From: a bacterium
GTDB lineage: Bacteria > Verrucomicrobiota > Kiritimatiellia > CAIKKV01 > CAITUY01
Length of the DNA: 64,000 bases
Direction of reading: 5' to 3'
Assembly: GCA_037143135.1 (NCBI GenBank)
Contig: JBAWZH010000001.1
Span: 9,553 to 73,552 of the forward strand
Part shown: positions 57,602 to 64,000 of the stretch, in pieces
How positions within the stretch are numbered: the stretch's first letter is position 1
Layout of the letters: every line of letters begins with the position of its first letter
Translations under genes and position numbers: made by a program
Notes under the pieces: generated by a model
What the model was told of the DNA's origin: nothing
Database searches by the model: none
What the model saw: only the letters and a program-made list of their open reading frames with translations

Positions 57602-57886
57602 TTGATGCTCCCACCCGGCGGTGACACTCATGTGGGTTCGGTTCATGGAAACCTTTATATACTGCTCCACCTTCTCTACCCCGAGGTGAAGCCAATGGGA
57701 AAAGGAAGACCGTCGAAATGTCCACACTGCAAGAAATCCGCAAGAAGTATATCCAAGGGGTTCAAATACCGTGCTCATGGAAAAGCTAAGGATCGGAAAT
57801 GTTGCAACTGCGGTAAAAGATATCTGGTTGAAGTGAAGCCGGGCATACATCGTGTGTGCCCGTCTCACGACTGTATGTCCGATTGA
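57602..57886 (+). CDS. Small zinc-ribbon protein (IS1595-type transposase N-terminal-like zinc ribbon)
   Basis: CPHCKKSARSISKGFKYRAHGKAKDRKCCNCGKRY. No DDE domain follows. Confidence 0.35.
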   Translation: MMLPPGGDTHVGSVHGNLYILLHLLYPEVKPMGKGRPSKCPHCKKSARSISKGFKYRAHGKAKDRKCCNCGKRYLVEVKPGIHRVCPSHDCMSD

Positions 57887-58194
57887 GAATACCTCTGGGT
57901 GGTGTCATGTCAGATGAAGAAAAACGATGAAGGGATCCAGAAGTTAATCGCAGAATTGCGTTTGTTATACGGAAAAGTTCGGGGGGAACGCGAGTTCCTC
58001 GCGCTTAAAAAGTCAGAGCTCCGGCCGGGTGATGAAATCTCGTTCTTTGGTTTCATACAAGCGCGGGAGCAGTTGGCGTGTGAGACATCATTACTGACCG
58101 GCCATGCGATCCTGGTCCAGGAGATCATTGCCAGGAAGAAGATCGTGGTTCCTGCGGCTGATCAGCGTTTTCTAAAGGAGATCAACGCCCTTTC

Positions 58195-58887
58195 TTGGAT
58201 GTATATATCCCGCATCTAACCCGGCGGGTTTCTGCCAATGCAAAGATATATAAAGGGGCTTTGTGTCTTATCACTGTACTACTCAGGAATGACAACAACA
58301 TGGCAAACTATTCATTTATGACCGATCAAGGTTGGCGGGTTACGGAATACCGTCCATTCAGCCCAAGCTATGCGGTTTTGCATACGCCGGGAATGAAGGA
58401 GGAACGCAAATCCGCCTATGCAACTGCATTGTATTCTCATAGTGAGACAACCAATCTGGCGCCGGATGAAAACTCATCAGGGGACTTGCTCAAAACTCTC
58501 ACAGGCCAACAATTGAAGTTCGATTATTTCTCGGAGGATGTGCTGAAACAATTGCTCAAAGAGCGGGTGACTATACGCGACAGGAACCGTGCCGCGATCC
58601 AAGGCCGGCTTTCGGATCTTTCGGGCGAAATATACGGAGCAGTAATACTCAAAACACCCGATGGGGATAAACGCAGGCAGGGCTTGGAAAAGACCAAGAT
58701 GGATCTTGAAAAACAACTTCGCGACGAAGATGTTACGCTCTGGAAGGATGCCGTCGAACTTAGACGGGAACTCATTATTGCTGCCAAGAAATATGAAGGC
58801 ACAAAACTCAGGACCGGACTATTTGCTATGCCGCTGACTCAGGATGACCAACATAAAATCGAAGGATACGGTAACTTTTCAGGATAG
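58195..58887 (+). CDS. Hypothetical protein upstream of the HerA-like ATPase
   Basis: 230-aa ORF with coiled-coil character. Confidence 0.35.
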   Translation: MDVYIPHLTRRVSANAKIYKGALCLITVLLRNDNNMANYSFMTDQGWRVTEYRPFSPSYAVLHTPGMKEERKSAYATALYSHSETTNLAPDENSSGDLLKTLTGQQLKFDYFSEDVLKQLLKERVTIRDRNRAAIQGRLSDLSGEIYGAVILKTPDGDKRRQGLEKTKMDLEKQLRDEDVTLWKDAVELRRELIIAAKKYEGTKLRTGLFAMPLTQDDQHKIEGYGNFSG

Positions 58888-60514
58888 ATGCATCGCGCTT
58901 CGCCCAATTCTGGGGAAACAGGTCGATCAGATATGGCAATGCTACCTTTTTCAGGATGAAGATGGAAAATTCGAACTAGAGCAACAGCTTGAGCTCATGG
59001 TCAATTCGGCACTGAATACCGATGTGCAGGATAAAGCCCCAGTCTTTCCGCCGCCAACCGCCGAGGTTGCCGCCGGGGAGATTGCCCTCGGTGATGTCGA
59101 ATATAATCATAAGCCATATTGTCCCTTCGGGCTCAGGAAAGACGAACTGATGAAGCACGTCGGGCTCTTTGGTCAAACCGGTACCGGTAAAACCAATGCC
59201 GCCCATCTTCTGGCCTCCCAAATTCACAAACTGGGCACTCCGATCTGGGTGCTTGAATTCAAAAGGGGTTGGAGGGAATTGCGAGCATTGCCGGAATTCC
59301 AGGATTTATTGGTATTTACCGTCGGGCGTAATGACATTGCCCCCATTTCTTTCAACCCGCTCATCCCGGTGGAGGGCGTGGACCCGCATACATGGATAAA
59401 GAAGATCTCCCACACAATTTCCAACGCGTTCTTTCTCGGGCAGGGAGTTCTCTATTTGCTGGAGGTTGTTTTGGCAAAGCTATACGAGGAATATGGGATC
59501 TTTGAGGGTAAACCGGAGCGATATCCCACATTTCGGGATGTCTTGCGAATGCTGCAGAATTACCCGATCCGAAGTGGTAGGGAAACCCTTTGGCTGTCCT
59601 CAGCGCTAAGGGCGATACATTCGCTGTGTTTTGGCCAGATGGACCGGATTGTTAATGCCCAGGGAAATGACAGTCTCAAATCCCTGATCAATCATTCTGT
59701 CGTTTTTGAAATGGACTCCCTTGGCCATGAGGACAAGGTTTTCTTCACCGAATGTGTCATGCTCTGGGCCTATGAATATTACCAGGCGAGGCCGGTTAGG
59801 GAACAACTCCAACTGGTGATGTTCCTTGAGGAGGCCCATAACATCGCCGGGCGACAGGGACGGGATGATTCCGGGTCTAAGATCATTGTGGATCAGATGT
59901 TCCGTCAGAGCCGTGAATATGGGATTGGATTGGTCATCATAGACCAGATGCCCTCCGCCATCTCGCGTACGGCCCTGGCCAATGTGCATTGCCTCATCGC
60001 TATGGGTGTAAAAGAGAAGGCGGATGCCGTGGCTTTGACAGGTTCCATGCTGTTGGATCGGGAGCAGGGCGACATGCTCGGGCGACTCAGTCTGGGATCC
60101 GCGATTGTTAAGTTGCAGCGAAAGGGGCTGATTGATCCCTTTATCTTGAAGACCCCCTTGATGCCAGTGAAGAAGGGAACTATGTCGGATGATATGATCC
60201 GGGATATGATGCAGGTATATGTCCGGCCCGTTGAACATTCTGGAGAGGCATCCCATTCGACTTCTCAGCCGAAACTCTCGGAATCAGAAATGGCACTATT
60301 GGTGGATGTGGCGATCATGCCCGACTCCGGCGTGGTGGCGCGATATACAAGATGCAAACTGTCCGGCCGACAGGGCGACAAGGCCAAACGATCCCTGATA
60401 GAAATGGGATTCATCGAGGAAGTTGAACAGCTTACCCCAAGGGGGCGTTCAAAAATGATTCGGCTTACCGAAAAAGGAACGAGTTTTCTGGAAGCCAGGC
60501 CATCTGAAATATAA
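58844..60514 (+). CDS. HerA/FtsK-superfamily (DUF87/AAA_10-like) ATPase with a C-terminal winged-helix domain
   Basis: Walker A GLFGQTGTGKTNAAHLL. Walker B-like LVIIDQMP. C-terminal wHTH (RYTRCKLSGRQGDKAKRSLIEMGFIEE). The start is uncertain: 58844 overlaps upstream by 44 bp; an alternative Met is at 58994. Confidence 0.55.
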   Translation: MTNIKSKDTVTFQDRCIALRPILGKQVDQIWQCYLFQDEDGKFELEQQLELMVNSALNTDVQDKAPVFPPPTAEVAAGEIALGDVEYNHKPYCPFGLRKDELMKHVGLFGQTGTGKTNAAHLLASQIHKLGTPIWVLEFKRGWRELRALPEFQDLLVFTVGRNDIAPISFNPLIPVEGVDPHTWIKKISHTISNAFFLGQGVLYLLEVVLAKLYEEYGIFEGKPERYPTFRDVLRMLQNYPIRSGRETLWLSSALRAIHSLCFGQMDRIVNAQGNDSLKSLINHSVVFEMDSLGHEDKVFFTECVMLWAYEYYQARPVREQLQLVMFLEEAHNIAGRQGRDDSGSKIIVDQMFRQSREYGIGLVIIDQMPSAISRTALANVHCLIAMGVKEKADAVALTGSMLLDREQGDMLGRLSLGSAIVKLQRKGLIDPFILKTPLMPVKKGTMSDDMIRDMMQVYVRPVEHSGEASHSTSQPKLSESEMALLVDVAIMPDSGVVARYTRCKLSGRQGDKAKRSLIEMGFIEEVEQLTPRGRSKMIRLTEKGTSFLEARPSEI

Positions 60515-60698
60515 CAGGCCGGCGAAGAGAGAGTGCGCCGTTTACGTCGAGGTGTTAATGCCTTCACATCAGGATTCATCATTGTTGTCACGCAACAACA
60601 ACAACAAAAACTTTTTAAAGAAAAGAAGAAGAAGAGAAGAGGTTCACTGCTCACATTACTGGATGATCTGACTCATCTGACGCGTTCAGCGCACTCTC

Positions 60699-61796
60699 TT
60701 ACTGGAACCGGGCGGAAAAGACGGCGCTCAGTTCCTCGGGTGAGACTAATGGCTCAATCCTGTTTGTAAAGGTCCGATCTACTTTGGCGCTGACCAGCAG
60801 GATCAGGCCAAGGGATGCCAAGTATCCCAGGGTTGAATAGAATTGTGTGTAACCGTAGGGTTCCTCCCCGCAAGCCCGACTCAGGGTGCTATAATGCTGA
60901 TACACCGACTTCACCAGTTTTGAAGACTCTTCCATGCTTGCCTTAAGAATGAGGAGCGCCTTGTCATTGGTACCCACCAGGACATCTTTCACCACATCTT
61001 CCCGTGCCTTGGCAAAACACTCATCCACGGTTGGAGCCTCCCCGGTGGAACAGTAAAGGAGGGCCTTGATGGCGACCCTGACATCGCCGTTTGTATTCTT
61101 GGCCGTCATGGCGGCGATTTCTTCCAACAACCCAGGAGCAACCCTCTTTAGGCCTGTCTCTGCCCGGTCTTTCAGGATGTCTAGGATCTCACTGGCTGAG
61201 TAGGTTCTGAATGATATGACTTCTGGCTGGAGTGAGGAGCGAGTGCTCTCATCCAGTTGCTTAAGGTAGCGGTGGTTATTGCTGAGGAGGACCAGGGAAT
61301 AGCGGTTGGGGCTTCGGCTCAGGAAGTACAGGATATCCCGCTTGAGGTCATTTTCGACCAGCATGTCGGCCTCGTCGAGGACGATGACCGCCGGGCCGGG
61401 GATTTCCTTCTCGAATCGTTCGCATAGCTCGGAATAGGCGTACCCCCGCGGCTTGGCTTTCAAGATGGCGGCCAATGCCTTAAAGCTGGAATTATGGATC
61501 CGGCAATTCACGCCAAAGAAGGGGAGTTTTAGCTTTTCAGAAAAGGCTTTTTCAAGGTACCGAAATGTCAGGGTTTTCCCGCAACCCCTGGCACCGAATA
61601 CCATCATGTTTCGGGCAATCCCGCTACCCTGATAGCGGACCAGGCAGTCCACAATCCGTTTAACTTCAGGCCGAATGACCGGCCGGTCCGGGATGTGGTC
61701 GAAGCTGAAAACCCGGAAGTCCTTTACACTGGATGCGACGCGTTCAGCCTCCTGACGCGACTGCTCAATGTATGCCAATAACTCTTCCTGACCCAT
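60699..61796 (-). CDS. Orc1/Cdc6-type AAA+ initiator-like ATPase
   Basis: VFGARGCGKTLTF (Walker A), VIVLDEADML (Walker B), GDVRVAIKALLY (the Orc1/Cdc6 DARRAIDLLR-like motif). An origin-like repeat region lies just upstream. Confidence 0.65.
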   Translation of the reverse strand: MGQEELLAYIEQSRQEAERVASSVKDFRVFSFDHIPDRPVIRPEVKRIVDCLVRYQGSGIARNMMVFGARGCGKTLTFRYLEKAFSEKLKLPFFGVNCRIHNSSFKALAAILKAKPRGYAYSELCERFEKEIPGPAVIVLDEADMLVENDLKRDILYFLSRSPNRYSLVLLSNNHRYLKQLDESTRSSLQPEVISFRTYSASEILDILKDRAETGLKRVAPGLLEEIAAMTAKNTNGDVRVAIKALLYCSTGEAPTVDECFAKAREDVVKDVLVGTNDKALLILKASMEESSKLVKSVYQHYSTLSRACGEEPYGYTQFYSTLGYLASLGLILLVSAKVDRTFTNRIEPLVSPEELSAVFSARFQ

Positions 61797-61972
61797 TCTC
61801 TTTTGACGTATTCACCTCACTCTTCAAGATGAATCGAAGTTAATAAACCTTTCGCTTTCTTGCTGAAATGGTGGCCAAAATAATTAATTTCCATACTTCT
61901 CATTATCCCCCCTCTCTCCTCAAAATTAATTAATCTCATTACAAATCAACAACTTACACAACAAAATCAATT

Positions 61973-62153
61973 CACATCATAAAATCAATACTCGTCGTCA
62001 CACGTCGTCGTCCCGTCGTCACGCGAACGCCAAAGCGACCGCGCACTCCCTTACTTCCACACCCTATCTTTCATCTCCCTGCCCCCAGAAATCATTACCA
62101 ATAACATCCCCAGATTCCCATCATTACACATCATAACTTCAATACTCGTCGTC
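61973..62153. repeat. 27-bp direct repeat CACATCATAA(AA/CT)TCAATACTCGTCGTC, two copies 154 bp apart, inside AT-rich DNA upstream of the Orc1/Cdc6-like gene
   Basis: Copies at 61973-62000 and 62127-62153 (25/27 identical). Confidence 0.7.
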
Positions 62154-62294
62154 GTCCGTCGTCGTCCGTCGTCGTCCGTCCGTTCGTCCGTCCGTTCGTC
62201 CGTCCGTTCGTCCGTCGTCCGTTCGTCCGTCCGTTCGTCCGTCCGTTCGTCCGTCGTTCGTCCGTCCGTCGTCCGTCGTCCGTCCGTCGTCCGT
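62146..62294. repeat. Degenerate dodecamer microsatellite (CGTCCGTCCGTT / CGTCGTCGTCCGT units, ~12 copies)
   Basis: Read directly from the sequence. The antisense ORF made of GRTN repeats is a translation artefact. Confidence 0.85.
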
Positions 62295-63289
62295 TACTAT
62301 AAATATGGCACCCGCAGGTGCCCTTTACTTTCGTCTCCGTTATATCATCCATCCGTAGGCGTATCCGAGGCCTCCATCAGCGCGCCGTAGCGCGCCTATC
62401 TCCATTTGCCCAAAGTTGGCCCCGCCAACCTGATATTTGGACAAGCTGTTATCCGCTAACAGCGATTCTTCCGCTTGCCTCCAATACCTCTCTTGCTCGA
62501 TTAACGAGCCAAAGATTATCTGTTTTCTTCACTGAAGCCGCTTCGGCTTCCTGAATCATATCTTTGACAAGCTTCAAGAGCTCTTTGAGTCGCTTTGTGT
62601 CTTCCATTCTCTGAGCACCTCCTTTTACTGATTTTTCCATGCCGGAGGCCGCGGGCTTCGATAGATAAATTTTTCGGTTACCGCAGTGACCGAAAGATTT
62701 ACTGAGCGAAGCCTGCTTCGTTCGGGAAAAATCAGGGAGGTGCGAAGCCAGAAATCACACAATGCGGCAAACGAGCGCCGCTTGTCTTTTCGGCTTCCTT
62801 GCCTTCCTGGTTCCCTTATAGATAGTTGCCCGCGCGCGTATTCATAACCGCCCGCAGGCGGCTAACGTTAGGGGTGGGCGAAGCCCCCTCGCATTAGCGT
62901 GCCGCAGCACGCCTAGATTTCGTCGTCAGTCGTCATATGCGCGCCGCAGCGCGTCTATCATTTCCCCTTCGGTCGAAGACCGAAATCCGGGTCCCGTTCC
63001 CTGACACGGGCTCACAATGCCATTCAAATGACCGTGTCATTTCATAAGCGCCCTCTGGAGCCAGATTCAGAGCGGTACCTCGAATCTGGTGACGAGCGGC
63101 AGCGGATCACCGAACGGACCGAAAGCCATTGGGTTGAGGTTGAGTGTCCGTTACCCTCCCACGAAACCTCCCCTTGGGTTTCGTGTCCGGAGGACAATTC
63201 GTCCCCCATCTTCCCTTCATCCATCTCTCGCTATATCCCTAAACAAGACAACGCCCCGACGGGGGCCCGTCAAGGCGTCGCTTGTTTCC

Positions 63290-63811
63290 TTACCAGCTTA
63301 TGCAAGGGTAGGGCTTCAGCCCCTCTTTCTGTTTCCTGATTCCCAATTCAAAGAAACTGTACACAGAATCCAACCACGATACCGCCCACCTGAACTCGTC
63401 AATTTCGCTGGTTTTTATCCAGCCACCTTCCGGGACTGTATTCCTGATAACCTGCAAAATGGCTTCTGCCGTTGTTTTCTGGTTCTGAAGCACCTCCTGC
63501 TGCTGACTTTCACTTTCAAAGGGTTCATTTCTGGCCACACTTACCAGATACCGGCATCCAATTTCGTTTAGCCGTTCAAAGTTTCCCTCAAAGTCATATT
63601 CATCCGTAGACCCCTCGGCCCAATACTTTTCGGGGAATAGCACTCTCAAGATATGCTCCTCAAGAACCATACTGATACTTGTTCTCAAATACCCATCTTC
63701 GCCAGCATCAATAGCCCATCCGGTAAACTGAGCTTTCTGCTCCTCCTCTGTCTTTGTATCCCATTCGAGATAAACATCCGTTCCCATTTTTTCATTCAAA
63801 CCTCCTTTCAA
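63290..63811 (-). CDS. Hypothetical protein
   Basis: 173-aa ORF of acidic, soluble character. Confidence 0.35.
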   Translation of the reverse strand: MKGGLNEKMGTDVYLEWDTKTEEEQKAQFTGWAIDAGEDGYLRTSISMVLEEHILRVLFPEKYWAEGSTDEYDFEGNFERLNEIGCRYLVSVARNEPFESESQQQEVLQNQKTTAEAILQVIRNTVPEGGWIKTSEIDEFRWAVSWLDSVYSFFELGIRKQKEGLKPYPCISW

Positions 63812-64000
63812 TATTTATGCCAGGCCATCAGCCGATTGCATCTCAAGCAGAGATACACTGCCAGCCCTTCTTTATCCTGAACCCGGATTTGGCCCTTGGG
63901 TTCACCACATACAGCGCAAGCTATCACCGGTTTATTCGGTTTACCGATAAACTGCCGTGAAGCCCCTTCTGTCCTATTTTCCTCCATTGTTCTTCATCAC

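Noticed and set aside
57602-57886. Intact IS1595-family transposase
   Set aside because: Only a zinc-ribbon-like N-terminal segment is present. No DDE catalytic domain or terminal inverted repeats were seen.
62146-62294. Possible CRISPR array
   Set aside because: The repeat unit is ~12 bp and contiguous, with no unique spacers. This is a microsatellite, not a CRISPR array.
62131-62352. 73-aa minus-strand ORF consisting of GRTN/RRTD repeats
   Set aside because: It is the in-frame translation of the CGTCCGTCCGTT microsatellite, not a protein-coding gene.
62350-63300. Group II intron or other large ribozyme in the hairpin-rich noncoding region
   Set aside because: There is no reverse-transcriptase ORF. 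I could not find a domain-V-like consensus (AGC triad stem with GNRA loop). The hairpins are better explained as repeated short motifs.

Overview
This 64 kb window is a dense defence/accessory island from a probably Gram-negative bacterium (ExbD- and OmpA-type envelope domains, Ser/Thr kinase); no rRNA or tRNA was found. Left to right: (i) 2-6768: an unusual membrane cluster of two adjacent proteins with N-terminal DUF4339/GYF-like domains (one fused to a PrsW-like intramembrane protease, one to an RDD domain) followed by a MotA/ExbB-type channel and two ExbD/TolR-like coiled-coil proteins. (ii) 6770-11962: hypotheticals, a secreted tandem-repeat protein and a NERD-domain protein. (iii) 12.2-15.9 kb: a CapH/CapP-type HTH + ImmA/IrrE regulator pair in front of a CBASS-like operon (multi-TM protein, CD-NTase, E2-like protein with a SEC-C zinc motif). 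(iv) 16.0-17.0 kb: a secreted PLD/Nuc-family nuclease with a tail-anchored partner. (v) 17.3-28.3 kb: a tightly packed 8-gene operon (HTH_17, active Ser/Thr kinase, 971-aa Sel1-repeat protein, 187-aa protein, 832-aa Hsp70-like ATPase, Pro-rich membrane protein, TPR-TM-OmpA protein, Clp_N + single-AAA ClpB-D1-like protein) that I cannot match to a described system; it is the best candidate here for a novel defence or signalling system. (vi) 28.5-35.0 kb: HTH_17, SNF2 helicase, SIR2, HerA (SIR2-HerA/Nezha-type) and a KTSC protein. (vii) 35.1-39.5 kb: a Type III R-M system (Mod + Res). (viii) 39.7-44.4 kb: a complete Qat-type four-gene system (KAP NTPase, QatB, QueC-like, TatD). (ix) 44.5-55.4 kb: a minus-strand mobile-element-like block (tyrosine recombinase, SSB, RadC/JAB, ComF-like PRTase, DUF1257/DUF2997 pair, truncated HsdM-like methyltransferase, AAA+ ATPase). 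(x) 55.9-61.8 kb: an Mrr-like nuclease domain, a HerA/FtsK-like ATPase with wHTH and an Orc1/Cdc6-type AAA protein. (xi) 61.8-63.3 kb: an origin-like noncoding region (AT-rich DNA, a 27-bp direct repeat, a ~150 bp dodecamer microsatellite, three copies of a GC-hairpin+CTATC motif). All protein-family calls rest on motifs read by eye from the translations. No database search was run.
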